Assembly: GCA_964106645.2 (NCBI GenBank)
Contig: CAXKZF020000028.1
Direction: 5' to 3' (one strand)
Length of the DNA stretch: 64,000 nt
Source of the DNA: Podarcis pityusensis
Lineage: Eukaryota
This document shows, piece after piece, positions 9,696 to 19,705 of this stretch (position 1 is its first letter; the number at the start of each line of letters is the position of its first letter). The notes under the pieces were generated by a model, which worked only from the letters and a program-made list of their open reading frames with translations, searched no databases and was not told the origin of the DNA. A program made the position numbers and the translations under genes.

Positions 9696-10289
9696 ATGAA
9701 CACGAACATCGACACACCTGACGACGGCGGCGGCGCAACGCCGCCCCCCGACGGCAGCAACGATGACGAAACGCGGACCGAACCAGCCAAGCCTGCCGAC
9801 CCGAAGCCGACCGAAACGGTCGCTTTCTGGAAAGACAAGGCGCGCCAGAACGAAGCCCGAGCGAAAGCGAACGCGGACGCTGCACGCAAACTCGCGGACA
9901 TCGAGGACCGCGACAAGTCCGAGCAGCAACGCCAAGCCGACGCGCTCGCGAAAGCGCAACAGGACGCACGCGCCGCGGTCGCGGACGCCATCCGATACCG
10001 CGCGGCGGCCGCGCATGGGATCGACGCCGACAACTTCGACTTGATCCCAGACGGCGACGAGGAAGCCGTGATGGCTCGCGCTGAACGGATCGGGCAGTTG
10101 CTCGCACAGTCCCGAGAACTCACCGCTCTGCGTGAACAGCAGCCGGCGCGCCCGGTAGCGACGGGACGCCCGCAGCCAGCGCTACGGCCCGGTGTCACAC
10201 CGGTTGAGCCTGGGCTGCAGCCCTCCGCGAAAGACACCGTCTCGGCCCTGATCGAGGGTCGCGGCTGGAAGTTGCCTACCACCGAGTAA
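9696..10289 (+). CDS. Scaffolding protein
   Basis: WKDKARQNEARAKAN..IEDRDKSEQQR coiled coil. Confidence 0.85.
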   Translation: MNTNIDTPDDGGGATPPPDGSNDDETRTEPAKPADPKPTETVAFWKDKARQNEARAKANADAARKLADIEDRDKSEQQRQADALAKAQQDARAAVADAIRYRAAAAHGIDADNFDLIPDGDEEAVMARAERIGQLLAQSRELTALREQQPARPVATGRPQPALRPGVTPVEPGLQPSAKDTVSALIEGRGWKLPTTE

Positions 10290-10351
10290 CAAACCGACCG
10301 GGCCGTCTCGTGCCGGGTCGATCCGACCCTCCCTTGGAAGGAGAACCCCAC

Positions 10352-10762
10352 ATGGTCACCGACATTTCGGTGCACACCGTCGGGTCCTATGTCGCGGACG
10401 ACCGCGGATGGATCATCGGCGAGCACGGCACGGACGCAAGCGACAACGCGATCCTGGACTTCGCGGCGTTCACGCACGCGAACTTCACCACGACCGGGAC
10501 GATCAAGGCGGGCTGCGTGCTCGGCAAGATCACCGCTACCGGGAAGTACGGCCCGTACGAGCCCGGCGCGTCCGACGGCCGCCAGACCGCGTCGCTGCAC
10601 CTGTTCAACACGGTGAAGATCCCGGCGAACACCGCGGTCGTCGCCTCTGACGCTGGCCTGTGGCACTTCATGTGCCGTGAGGCGCGTCTCCCGTACACCT
10701 CCGGTCCTGGCGCTGTCGACGCAGCCGCCAAGACTGCCCTGTCCAACGTCCGCTACCTCTGA
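10352..10762 (+). CDS. Capsid decoration protein
   Basis: GCVLGKITATGKYGPY..ASDGRQTA..LF. Confidence 0.85.
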   Translation: MVTDISVHTVGSYVADDRGWIIGEHGTDASDNAILDFAAFTHANFTTTGTIKAGCVLGKITATGKYGPYEPGASDGRQTASLHLFNTVKIPANTAVVASDAGLWHFMCREARLPYTSGPGAVDAAAKTALSNVRYL

Positions 10763-10779
10763 GAAAGGGGGCATAACCA

Positions 10780-11823
10780 ATGGCTGAAATCGTCTTCGAC
10801 GCTGCCCTGTCTCCGGATCAGATCACGTGGGCGACGCGGTCCGTCCCAACGCCTGCGAACCTGGTCCTGTCCAATCTGGTCCCGACCCGCACGGTGCAGT
10901 CCGACAAGGTCCGTTGGGGCGAGATCACCCGCCGTAACCGGATGGCGAAGTACCGCGCCTACGACGGCGCTATCGCCCGCGCTGGCCGTGACAGCGCCGC
11001 CGACCAGTACGTGTCGTTGGCGCCGTTCTCGAACTCGCTGATGGCCGGTGAGTACGAAACGCTGCAGAAGCAGTACGCGCTGCTGCAGGGCGGTAACTCT
11101 GCTGTCCTGGTGAACGCGATCCTGGATGACATCGGCATCCTGACTGCGTCGATGAACAACCGGGTCGAGAAGGGTCTCGGGACGCTCCTGTCGACCGGTA
11201 AGTTCAGCGTCAACGAGAACCGGACCGCGTTCGAAGCGGACTACGGCGTCCCGGCCTCGAACATGTTCGCGGCGGCGACGGTGTGGAGCGACCCGAACTC
11301 GAAGGCCGCGGACGACCTGCGGGCGATGCGTGACCGGTTCGTCGCTTCTGCTGGTGTCGCACCTGGCCGGATCGTCACGTCCCAGGCTGTGGTCAACGCG
11401 ATGATGCGGAACACGCAGATCGTCGCGGAAGCGATCGGTACCCTCGCCGGCCGCACCTACATCACTCAGGCTGAGTTCACGGCATGGTTGGGGACGTCGG
11501 GTCTCCCGCAGGTCGTCACCCAGGTTGAGACGTCGATGTACAACGACGAGACCGACGCTGATGAGCGGGTCATCCCAGCGAACAAGCTGATCATGACTCC
11601 TGAGTCAATGAACGGGTTCGTCGAGTTCGTGTACGGCCTGTCCGCGACCGCGCTGGAACTGATCAACAGCAACCGCAGCGAGCTGAGCTTCGGCGACGCA
11701 TCCGGTGTGGTCGGGATGATCGTGAAGGACGGCCCGCCGTTCCGGCAGTTCACGTACGTCGACGCGGTCGGTATGCCGATCCTGTACGGCGCCCGTCAGA
11801 TCGTGATCGGGACGGTCCTGTGA
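10780..11823 (+). CDS. Major capsid protein (gpE-like)
   Basis: 347 aa after the decoration gene; NRMAKYRAYD, DYGVP, DAVGMP. Confidence 0.9.
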   Translation: MAEIVFDAALSPDQITWATRSVPTPANLVLSNLVPTRTVQSDKVRWGEITRRNRMAKYRAYDGAIARAGRDSAADQYVSLAPFSNSLMAGEYETLQKQYALLQGGNSAVLVNAILDDIGILTASMNNRVEKGLGTLLSTGKFSVNENRTAFEADYGVPASNMFAAATVWSDPNSKAADDLRAMRDRFVASAGVAPGRIVTSQAVVNAMMRNTQIVAEAIGTLAGRTYITQAEFTAWLGTSGLPQVVTQVETSMYNDETDADERVIPANKLIMTPESMNGFVEFVYGLSATALELINSNRSELSFGDASGVVGMIVKDGPPFRQFTYVDAVGMPILYGARQIVIGTVL

Positions 11824-12215
11824 TGGGGCGCCGCGTAGCGGCGTCGGTGCGGGTGCAGGACAAGAACGGCGCGAACATCACCTTGAACCCTGGTGAGGAG
11901 GTCCCGGAATGGGCGATGCAGCAGGTATCGAACCCGGCCGTGTTCGCGGACGACGGCGACGAGGCACGCGCCGCGGACGCTGACGTGTCCGGGGTCGTCA
12001 CTGACGGTGACGGTGAAATCACGCACGTGGTCACCGGCGACCCGTCCAGCGACGCCACAGAAGCTGATGCCAGCGTCGACTATGCGTCGTTGACGGTCCT
12101 GGAGTTGCGCGCCGAGATCAAGCGCCGCAACGACACCCGCGGCGGCGACGACCGTATCCCCGAGGGGAACAAGGCGGCCATGATCGACGCGCTCGAACGC
12201 GACGACGATCGCTGA
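11823..12215 (+). CDS. Head-associated protein with C-terminal HeH/SAP-like motif
   Basis: PGEEVPEWA..VSNP; DYASLTVLELRAEIKRRN..GNKAAMIDAL. Confidence 0.7.
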   Translation: MGRRVAASVRVQDKNGANITLNPGEEVPEWAMQQVSNPAVFADDGDEARAADADVSGVVTDGDGEITHVVTGDPSSDATEADASVDYASLTVLELRAEIKRRNDTRGGDDRIPEGNKAAMIDALERDDDR

Positions 12216-12231
12216 CGGCGGGGGTGGCGCG

Positions 12232-12588
12232 GTGTTCCTAAAAATCGAGGATCTGCCGGCGTCAACCCGCGGTGGTGTCGTCTCGGACGCAGACTTGCGG
12301 ATCATGCTGGAGGATGCGCAGGCGCGGGCGGTCTTGGCTGCGCCGTGCCTGTCCGGGAAGTTGACGGACGCGCAGCGGGCGCAGGTCGTCGCGGTCATCC
12401 GCGGCGCCCTGGCCCGCAGCGTGGAACGCGCGAGCCGGGATGACCGGCAGATGAGCGCGGGCCCGTTCGCGATCGGGGCAGCGCCGGGGTCGGGTGAACC
12501 GAGGGCGTTGTTCTGGCCGTCGGAGCTCGACGATCTGCGGTCCGTGTGCGGGCGTCGTGGACGCGCCTACGTCGGGTGGCTCGCGTGA
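12232..12588 (+). CDS. Head-to-tail adaptor
   Basis: LEDAQARAVLAAPCL..AGPF..LFWPSELDDLRSVC. Confidence 0.8.
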   Translation: MFLKIEDLPASTRGGVVSDADLRIMLEDAQARAVLAAPCLSGKLTDAQRAQVVAVIRGALARSVERASRDDRQMSAGPFAIGAAPGSGEPRALFWPSELDDLRSVCGRRGRAYVGWLA

Positions 12589-12941
12589 TCCCGGTCCCGT
12601 TCACGATCGGGGTCCACGCGTGGGCGCCTACCGGTGTCCGCGACGCTCACGGCAACAACGTCCCCGCATGGGCGCCGCCCGTCCCGGTACCGGTTCACGG
12701 GATCGCGCCGACACCACGCGGACCCGGTGAACCATTCGAACCCAACCGGTCGGTGATCGTCGAAGGGTTAACGGTGTACGCGCCGGCTGGGACCGTGGTC
12801 GGTCGGCACGACCGCATCGAGTGGCCCTTCCCCGGCGGGATCATCTACGAAGTCGACGGTGACGTCGCGGACTGGACGAACGGGCCGTGGGTGAACCCTG
12901 CAGCAGGTGTCGTCATCAACATGAACAGAGTGGAGGGATGA
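12585..12941 (+). CDS. Head-to-tail stopper
   Basis: DAHGN..DRIE..YEVDGDVADW..RVEG. Confidence 0.8.
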   Translation: MIPVPFTIGVHAWAPTGVRDAHGNNVPAWAPPVPVPVHGIAPTPRGPGEPFEPNRSVIVEGLTVYAPAGTVVGRHDRIEWPFPGGIIYEVDGDVADWTNGPWVNPAAGVVINMNRVEG

Positions 12942-12944
12942 CCG

Positions 12945-13187
12945 GTGGCTGTACGGATGAAATGGAAGCTCGCAGCATTCGGGCAACTCCGCCGTTCGGG
13001 CACGGTCGCCGCGGACCTTCGGCGGCGCGCTGACGCGGTAGCTGCGGCGTGCGGTGACGGGTTCGACGCCAACTCCGGTCAGGGCAGTACCCGCGCCCGC
13101 GCCGCCGTCGTCACAACGACCGGGGCAGCGATCCGGCAGAACGCCAGCGACAACACGATCCTGCGTAACTTGGACGCCGGCCGCTGA
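12945..13187 (+). CDS. Neck/minor virion protein
   Basis: RARAAVVTTT..NASDNTILRNL; position. Confidence 0.7.
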   Translation: MAVRMKWKLAAFGQLRRSGTVAADLRRRADAVAAACGDGFDANSGQGSTRARAAVVTTTGAAIRQNASDNTILRNLDAGR

Positions 13188-13603
13188 TGGCCCGTGTCGT
13201 CTCCGCGGCGTCCATAGACGTGGAAGCCGCGAACATCGCCTACCTGTCCGGGGCGCTCGATGACGACGTCGTTGTCGCCACTCGGATACCGAAGACGATC
13301 CGGGGTGAGCTCGCGTTCCCCGACCGGATGGTCCGGGTGACGCGGACCGGTGGGACGCGATGGTCTGTCGCTCATGACGGCCCGACCGTCCTCATCGAGT
13401 GCTGGGCGGCAACGTCAACGGCAGCGTGGGAGTTAGCGGGCCAGTCCCGTGACGCGCTCCTGGCGTTGAACAACACGCTGATCGGTGACGTGTGGCTGTC
13501 TCATCGCGGGGAAGGGTCAGGGCCAGTGAACTACCCGGACCCGCGCACCAACCACCCCCGCTACCAGTTCTTGCACGAGCAAACTGCTCGCGTCGCGGGC
13601 TGA
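13187..13603 (+). CDS. Tail terminator
   Basis: VRVTRTGG..IECWA..PVNYPDP..RYQF. Confidence 0.85.
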   Translation: MARVVSAASIDVEAANIAYLSGALDDDVVVATRIPKTIRGELAFPDRMVRVTRTGGTRWSVAHDGPTVLIECWAATSTAAWELAGQSRDALLALNNTLIGDVWLSHRGEGSGPVNYPDPRTNHPRYQFLHEQTARVAG

Positions 13604-13621
13604 CACGTGGAGGTATGGGTC

Positions 13622-13855
13622 ATGGCGGAAGCGAAGACACCGAAGACGCAGGTGTTCGCGCACCCGACGATGCCGGACGTCACCTACGAGGTGGCAGAGG
13701 CGGACGCGGCTGACTGGCGGGAGAAGGGATGGAAGCGGGTCGCGAAGGACCGCGCGCCGTCTCCCGTGCAGCAGCCGACGACCACCGTCGCGGGGAACGG
13801 GAACGTCGCGTCCAACACGGACCCGATCGTCGTGGACGACCCCATCAAGCCGTGA
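13622..13855 (+). CDS. Small hypothetical protein
   Basis: GGAGGT RBS; WREKGWK. Confidence 0.6.
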   Translation: MAEAKTPKTQVFAHPTMPDVTYEVAEADAADWREKGWKRVAKDRAPSPVQQPTTTVAGNGNVASNTDPIVVDDPIKP

Positions 13856-14091
13856 CACGCAACGGGTGGCCGTTCGCCGAGGCGGTCACGCAGCAGCAAC
13901 CGCGGCGCAGCTCCCCCGACGACATCTCGACCGCTGCCGCGCTCGCGTGGTTCCGTGACGAGCTCGCGTCGGCCGGGTTCGACGAAGACACCGTCCGTGC
14001 GCTGGTGTTGACGGCTGCCGGCGCGGAGATCCGCCGAAGCGGTCTATCCGTGTCGCAACCAGGCCACGTAGCGGCGCCTGCCGCGCAGTAG
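13852..14091 (+). CDS. Small hypothetical protein
   Basis: GTGA overlap; FRDELASAGFDEDTVRALV. Confidence 0.5.
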   Translation: MTRNGWPFAEAVTQQQPRRSSPDDISTAAALAWFRDELASAGFDEDTVRALVLTAAGAEIRRSGLSVSQPGHVAAPAAQ

Positions 14092-14167
14092 TTCAGACTC
14101 CCCGTTCGGCAACGACGGGACAGCAACACCACCTTCAACAGGGCCGGGAATCCCATTTGGAGGCACA

Positions 14168-14746
14168 ATGCCGAATCTCGTGCAGAACGTCGTTGCCGGT
14201 AAGCCGTTGGCGACCGGCGGGGTCTTGTCAGGACCGATCGGGTCGGCGCTGCCGACTGACGTCAGCACGGAGGTCATCGCGACGGTCAAGGCCGTCGGGT
14301 ACATCTCCGATGACGGTGTCTCGGAGACCATGAACCGCGACACCGACAAGATCAAGGCGTGGGGCGGTGACGTCGTCAAGATCGTTCAGACCGAGCACGC
14401 CGTCACCTACCAGTACACGATGATCGAATACCTGTCGGCGCTCGTGAACCAGGAAGTTTACGGCGAACCGAACGTGACGGCCACGGCCGCTTCGACTGAA
14501 CACGGGAACCTGCTGGCGGTCAAGGTGACCGCCGATCAGCTCCCCCACCGTGTCCGCGTCCTGGAAATCAAGGACGGTGACGCCCGCGTACGGATCGTGC
14601 TGCCTGACTCGCAGATCACCGAAGTCGGTGACATCACCTACCAGGACGGGTCGATCATCGCCTACCCGGTCACCGTCGAGGCTTTCCCCGACGCCAACGG
14701 TGTGAAGGCGTACAAGTACAGCGACGACGGCAAGCTCGCCGCGTAG
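14168..14746 (+). CDS. Major tail protein
   Basis: GYISDDGVS..IKAWGGDVV..DGDARVRIV..YPVTVEAFPD. Confidence 0.92.
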   Translation: MPNLVQNVVAGKPLATGGVLSGPIGSALPTDVSTEVIATVKAVGYISDDGVSETMNRDTDKIKAWGGDVVKIVQTEHAVTYQYTMIEYLSALVNQEVYGEPNVTATAASTEHGNLLAVKVTADQLPHRVRVLEIKDGDARVRIVLPDSQITEVGDITYQDGSIIAYPVTVEAFPDANGVKAYKYSDDGKLAA

Positions 14747-14755
14747 CAACAGATG

Positions 14756-14818
14756 GCCCCCGCAGGCTTTCCATCCCGGCCCAGCCTGCGGGGGTCTGAC
14801 ACGTCCCGGGCCGGGATG
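14756..14818 (+). other. Predicted H-type RNA pseudoknot between the major tail and chaperone genes
   Basis: Stem 1 14756-68/14783-95 (13 bp); stem 2 14772-82/14808-18 (11 bp). Confidence 0.6.
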
Positions 14819-14846
14819 AACCACCGACGATAAGGGAGGGGTCGGG

Positions 14847-15173
14847 ATGCCCACGACCACTACACGCAAGCAGCCCACGGACCGACGCCCCCCGGCGAGT
14901 AAGGCCGAGAACTCGTACACGTTCACCCATGAAGGGCAGGTGTTCGAGTCTCGCCCGCTCACGGACGTCATCACCCCAGGGTGGGTCCGTAAGAACCGGC
15001 GTCTCGAAGAGATTGACCTGTATATGACGTTGTTCGAGGACGTCTACGCCGGCGTGCCCGGCGCGCTGGATGCGTACGACCAGATGACGTGGGAGCAATC
15101 TCAGGACATCGTTGGTGGGCTCGCGCAGATGTTGGAGTCCACGGTGGGGGAATCTTTGCGCTCGTCGACCTGA
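14847..15173 (+). CDS. Tail assembly chaperone (gpG-like)
   Basis: Between MTP and TMP; ends ..TVGES over the slippery site. Confidence 0.85.
   Translation: MPTTTTRKQPTDRRPPASKAENSYTFTHEGQVFESRPLTDVITPGWVRKNRRLEEIDLYMTLFEDVYAGVPGALDAYDQMTWEQSQDIVGGLAQMLESTVGESLRSST
15146..15152 (+). promoter_or_regulatory. Programmed -1 ribosomal frameshift site G GGG GAA
   Basis: Heptamer in the chaperone reading frame; the -1 frame stays open to 15583. Confidence 0.85.
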
Positions 15174-15583
15174 TCGACGAGCACCCCCACGAAGTCGGGT
15201 TCGAGCTGATCCGTCACGGCGAACGGCTCCGCCACTTCCCCCACGCCGGGTTTACGTGGCGTGACCTGTATTTGGTGTTGCGGTTCGCGCCCGATGACTC
15301 CCCGTTCGGTCGTGTCCTCACTGACTGCGGGCACTCCACTATTGAGCACCTGACGGTGCTGTCTCACCACCTGTTGTCGGTCGGGAACTGGCAGCGCGCC
15401 GGTGACCGCAAGGTCAAAGCGCCCACGGTGCCTGACTGTCTCCTGCCACCTGAGCTTCGTGCCACGCAGAAGTTCGGGACCGCGTCCATGCCGATCGAGG
15501 ACATGAACGCGTGGCTGGGGTGGGCGCCGCAGCAACCCACACCTACGGATGCGACTCCAACTGATGCTGTGAACAGGGGGTGA
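15152..15583 (+). CDS. Frameshift extension of tail assembly chaperone (gpGT C-terminal part)
   Basis: -1 frame ORF with FTWRDL..NWQRAG. Confidence 0.8.
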   Translation: MFALVDLIDEHPHEVGFELIRHGERLRHFPHAGFTWRDLYLVLRFAPDDSPFGRVLTDCGHSTIEHLTVLSHHLLSVGNWQRAGDRKVKAPTVPDCLLPPELRATQKFGTASMPIEDMNAWLGWAPQQPTPTDATPTDAVNRG

Positions 15584-15589
15584 CAGTTC

Positions 15590-18500
15590 GTGCCTGGTGC
15601 GGTTGAACTTGCCGTCGCATACGTGTCCATCATCCCGGACACATCGAAGATCGCGCCGGGAGTGTCGAAAGCACTCGGCGAAACCGACCGTGAAGCGGAG
15701 AAGGCGGGCAAGCGGTCAGGCGGCAAGTTCGGTGCCGGCATGGGTGGTTCCATCGTCGGGCTCGGCAAGTCGTTGTTCGCGCCGTTGGCTGCGGCGGCGG
15801 CTGGTGTCGGGCTTGCGCAGTTCTTCGGTGACGCAGTCAAGGGCGCGTCTGAGCTGCAGCAGTCCGTGGGCGGCGTCGAGGCGGTGTTCAAGGGTCAGGC
15901 TGGCGCGATCAAGAACGCTGCGGCGGAGGCAGCGCAGAACCTGGGGCTGTCGAAGAACGCCTACAACGAGTTGGCGACGGTCCTGGGCGCCGGGTTGAAG
16001 AACCAGGGCATCAAGGACTTCGCCGGGGAAACGCAGAACCTGATCGGTATCGGCGGTGACCTCGCCGCCCAATACGGCGGGTCGACCAAAGAAGCCGTCG
16101 AGGCGTTGGCGTCAGCGATGCGCGGCGAGTCTGACCCGATCGAGCGGTACGGGATCAGCTTGAACGAGACGGCCGTAAACGCCGAGCTGGCGTCGAAGGG
16201 CCAGGACAAGCTCAAAGGGGCGGCTCTCGCGCAGGCGAAGGCTATGGCGCGTATCGCGATCATCCAGCGGCAGTCTGCTGACGCGCAGGGCGCGTTCGCG
16301 CGCGAGTCAGACACGCTGGCCGGTAAGCAGGCGCGACTATCCGCGGCGTGGGAGAACGCGAAAGCGACCCTCGGGGGCGTGTTGCTGCCGGTGGTCTCGA
16401 AGGCGTTGGACGTCGTGTCTGGGCTGTCCGGTGGTGTCGCTTCGTTATGGGCATCGTTCACGTCCGGGGGCGCGGCAACGTCTGGTTTGGCGTCGGCGTT
16501 CGCGCGAGTCGCGTCGTCACCGGTAGGCCAGTGGGTTCAGCAGATGGGCCGTGATCTCGGGTCGATACTGCTACCGGCACTGCGCAGCATCGGTTCCGCG
16601 ATCACCGGGGAACTGGTGCCGGCGTTCATGTCGTTCCTGAACGCTGTCGTGAATTCGCCGTTGACGAAGGCGTTGATGTTGGTACTCGGGCCTACCCTGA
16701 CGGGCTTGGTCCGTGGCCTCATCATGCTCGTCAAGGGCGCAGCCACCATCCTCGGGGCTGTCCTGATGGGGATGATCCGTGGCGTCATCGACGTCGTCAA
16801 GGGCGCAGTCAACATCCTGGGTGGCCTGTTCAAGACGCTCGGGGCTGTCCTGATGGGTGACTGGTCTCAAGCGTGGGAGGGCATCAAGCAGGTCGCGGCA
16901 GGCGCGGTGCAGGCGTTGTGGGGTCTGCTGCAGACGGGCCTGCTGGGTCGAGTCCTCGGGGTGTTCCGCGCTGCGGGCGCCGCGATCGCAGGGCTGTGGG
17001 GTAAGACGGGCGTCATCGGCAGCGTGCTGGGCGCGTTCGGACAGTTCGTCGCCGGCATCTTCGGGGGCATCGGCGCTGAGTTGGCGTTGCTGTTCCCGAA
17101 GTTCGGGGCGTTCGGTTCGGCCGTCAAGACAGTGCTTGGTGCTGTCGGTGCGGCGTTCTCGAAGCTCGCGTCGATGGTGGGTGCCGCGTGGGTCTTGATC
17201 ACGACGGCGATCACGACGGCGTGGAACGCGATCGTCGGGAACGTGTTCGCGGCGATCAAGACGTGGGCGACGCAGACGCTCCCCGCGATGTGGCGGGCGC
17301 TGCCTGCCATCATCGGTGCGGCGTGGACAGCGGTCGGGTCAGCGATCGCCACGGCGTGGAACGCGATCGTGTCTGGCGTGTTCACGCCCTTGCGGACGTG
17401 GGCGACGCAGACGCTGCCCGCCGCGTGGAACGGGTTCAAGGCGTCAGTCAGCACGGCATGGAACGCTGTCTCCGCGATCCTGACGGCCGCATGGTCGACC
17501 ATCTTGAACGCGGTGTTCACGCCCTTGCGGACGTGGGCGACGCAGACGCTGCCCGCCGCGTGGAACGGGTTCAAAGCCGCTGTCGCGGTCGTGTGGTCTG
17601 CGGTCACATCGACGGTGCAGGCCGCATGGACGACGCTCCTGGCCGTGTTCACGACGCTGCGCACCTGGGTGACAGCGACGCTCGTCGCGGCGTTCTCGAC
17701 GTACCGGGCGGCTGTGCTGACCGTGTGGGCCGCCATCACCACAGCGATCCAGGCAGCATGGTCCGCGGTCCTAGCCGTGTTCACGACGCTGCGGACATGG
17801 GTCGCTTCGACGCTCACAGCGATGTGGGGCACCTTCCGTGCGCTCGTCGCGGCCACCTGGACAGCGATCCTGACCAGTGTCCGCACGGCATGGACGTCGA
17901 TCCTCGGGATCTTCACGACGCTGCGCACTTGGGTGTCGTCCACGTTAACGGGCATGTGGAACACCTTCCGGTCGCTGGTCGCGGCCGTCTGGACGGCGAT
18001 CGCGTCCAGTGTCCGCAGCTCGTGGACTGCGGTCCTGTCGGTGTTCACGACGCTGCGCACATGGGTGTCCGCGACGTTGACAGCAATGTGGAACAGCTTC
18101 CGTGCGCTCGTCGCGTCTACGTGGGCGGCGATCACCAGCACGATTTCGTCCGCGTGGGCGCGGGTCCTGTCCGTGTTTACGACGTTGCGGACGTGGGTGA
18201 CGTCCACCCTCACGTCGGCGTGGTCCACGCTGCGCAACGCCACCGCTACCGCATGGTCCGCGGTCGCCGGCGCGATTTCGTCCGCATGGTCCAGGATCAG
18301 CGGCTACTTCACGAACTTGAAGAACGGCGTCAACCAGGTGTGGTCGTTCTTTCAGTCGGCGGTGCGCGGCATCAGTAGTGTCTGGTCCGGGTTGACGGGT
18401 GCGATATCTCGCCCGATCAACGCGGCCCGGTCATGGATCAACTCGAACCTGACCGGACGGATGAACTCCGTCCTGTCCTCGGTCGGGGTGTCGTTCCGTG

Positions 18501-19702
18501 TGCCGGCGATGGCTGATGGTGGCGTCGTGCAGTTCGCTCGCGGGGGCGTGTTCGGCGCTGGCGGCGCGGACAGGCGCGCCGCGTCGGGTGCGGTCCTGCC
18601 GGGTTACACGCCGGGCCGGGACCCGCACATGTTCTATTCACAGACCGGTGGCGCGCTCGCGCTGTCCGGTGGTGAAGCGGTGATGGTGCCCGAGTGGACT
18701 CGGGCGATCGGGCCTGGCCTGGTGAAGATGATGAACTCCATCGCCCGCCGCGGCGGTGTGGCTGCCATCCGCAAGTTCCTGTTCGGCGCGAACGTGCGAC
18801 CGTCAGCGAACCACCGCGGGTACTCCAGCGAACCACGCCACGAATACGCCGCCGGTGGTGTCATCGGCAAACCGCAACGGTTCGCGGGTGGCGGTGTCCT
18901 CGATGCGCTGTTGGACCCTGTCGGCGCCATCCGCAACCTCGCGTCGAGCGCGTTGAACGGTATCCCTGGTGGTTCGTTCGGGTGGGAGGCCGTCAAGGGG
19001 TTCGGTGGGAAACTGATCAGCGGGGTCGCTGACAAGGTGAAGTCGGTGTGGTCGTCGTTGATGGGCGGCGCGGTCGGTGGCGGCGGGTCCGGTTCAGTGA
19101 TGGGTTGGCAGCGTCAATGGGCGTGGGCTAAAGCGAACCTGCCCGGCGTCCAGTTGCATTCGGGGTACCGTCCCGGCGCCGTGACCCGTGGCAGCGGCAG
19201 CCGGTCGTATCACGCGCTCGGGCGCGCCATCGACATCAGCCCGTCCATGTCGATGTTCAACAAGATCAAGGCGACGTTCTTCAAGAACATCCGTGAGCTG
19301 ATCTTCTCGCCGGCGAACAACGCGCAGGTGTACAACGGCGCGAACCACTACTTCGCGAACCCGATCACGCGGGCGGACCACTTCAACCACGTGCACTGGG
19401 CGATGCGGGACGGCGGTGTGTTCGGGGGCGGCGCCGTCAAACTCTTCGACGGTGGCGGCCTGTTGAAGCGCGGCGACATCGGTGTCCATGCTGCGCAGAA
19501 ACCAGACCGGGTGTTGACAGCGGACCAGTGGAAGGCCGTCATGCAGCATCTGCCGTTGCCCTCAGTGGGCGGCGCTGGCCGGTCCCTCGACGGTGGCGTC
19601 CATATCCACGGCGATGTGTACGGCGACCCGGCCCGGTTCGCGGCGAAGGTGACCACCCGGATGCGCGACGAACTCGCGCTCGTGACCCTGCAGGGGGTGT
19701 GA
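15590..19702 (+). CDS. Tape measure protein with C-terminal M15-like peptidase domain
   Basis: 1370 aa; ELAVAYVSIIP start, periodic W/F repeats, SYHALGRAIDI..DHFNHVHWA. Confidence 0.95.
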   Translation: MPGAVELAVAYVSIIPDTSKIAPGVSKALGETDREAEKAGKRSGGKFGAGMGGSIVGLGKSLFAPLAAAAAGVGLAQFFGDAVKGASELQQSVGGVEAVFKGQAGAIKNAAAEAAQNLGLSKNAYNELATVLGAGLKNQGIKDFAGETQNLIGIGGDLAAQYGGSTKEAVEALASAMRGESDPIERYGISLNETAVNAELASKGQDKLKGAALAQAKAMARIAIIQRQSADAQGAFARESDTLAGKQARLSAAWENAKATLGGVLLPVVSKALDVVSGLSGGVASLWASFTSGGAATSGLASAFARVASSPVGQWVQQMGRDLGSILLPALRSIGSAITGELVPAFMSFLNAVVNSPLTKALMLVLGPTLTGLVRGLIMLVKGAATILGAVLMGMIRGVIDVVKGAVNILGGLFKTLGAVLMGDWSQAWEGIKQVAAGAVQALWGLLQTGLLGRVLGVFRAAGAAIAGLWGKTGVIGSVLGAFGQFVAGIFGGIGAELALLFPKFGAFGSAVKTVLGAVGAAFSKLASMVGAAWVLITTAITTAWNAIVGNVFAAIKTWATQTLPAMWRALPAIIGAAWTAVGSAIATAWNAIVSGVFTPLRTWATQTLPAAWNGFKASVSTAWNAVSAILTAAWSTILNAVFTPLRTWATQTLPAAWNGFKAAVAVVWSAVTSTVQAAWTTLLAVFTTLRTWVTATLVAAFSTYRAAVLTVWAAITTAIQAAWSAVLAVFTTLRTWVASTLTAMWGTFRALVAATWTAILTSVRTAWTSILGIFTTLRTWVSSTLTGMWNTFRSLVAAVWTAIASSVRSSWTAVLSVFTTLRTWVSATLTAMWNSFRALVASTWAAITSTISSAWARVLSVFTTLRTWVTSTLTSAWSTLRNATATAWSAVAGAISSAWSRISGYFTNLKNGVNQVWSFFQSAVRGISSVWSGLTGAISRPINAARSWINSNLTGRMNSVLSSVGVSFRVPAMADGGVVQFARGGVFGAGGADRRAASGAVLPGYTPGRDPHMFYSQTGGALALSGGEAVMVPEWTRAIGPGLVKMMNSIARRGGVAAIRKFLFGANVRPSANHRGYSSEPRHEYAAGGVIGKPQRFAGGGVLDALLDPVGAIRNLASSALNGIPGGSFGWEAVKGFGGKLISGVADKVKSVWSSLMGGAVGGGGSGSVMGWQRQWAWAKANLPGVQLHSGYRPGAVTRGSGSRSYHALGRAIDISPSMSMFNKIKATFFKNIRELIFSPANNAQVYNGANHYFANPITRADHFNHVHWAMRDGGVFGGGAVKLFDGGGLLKRGDIGVHAAQKPDRVLTADQWKAVMQHLPLPSVGGAGRSLDGGVHIHGDVYGDPARFAAKVTTRMRDELALVTLQGV
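17378..17574 (+). repeat. Exact ~62-bp direct repeat within TMP (135-bp spacing)
   Basis: GTGTTCACGCCCTTGCGGACGTGGGCG..GGGTTCAA at 17378 and 17513. Confidence 0.85.
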
Positions 19703-19705
19703 CAG

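Noticed and set aside
14744-14833. Stop-codon readthrough of the major tail gene stimulated by the pseudoknot
   Set aside because: The in-frame extension is only 28 codons with no recognisable domain
16867-18243. Long antisense ORFs (also 9488-10780, 56314-57573, 59120-60667)
   Set aside because: Shadows of high-GC coding genes on the opposite strand with no motifs
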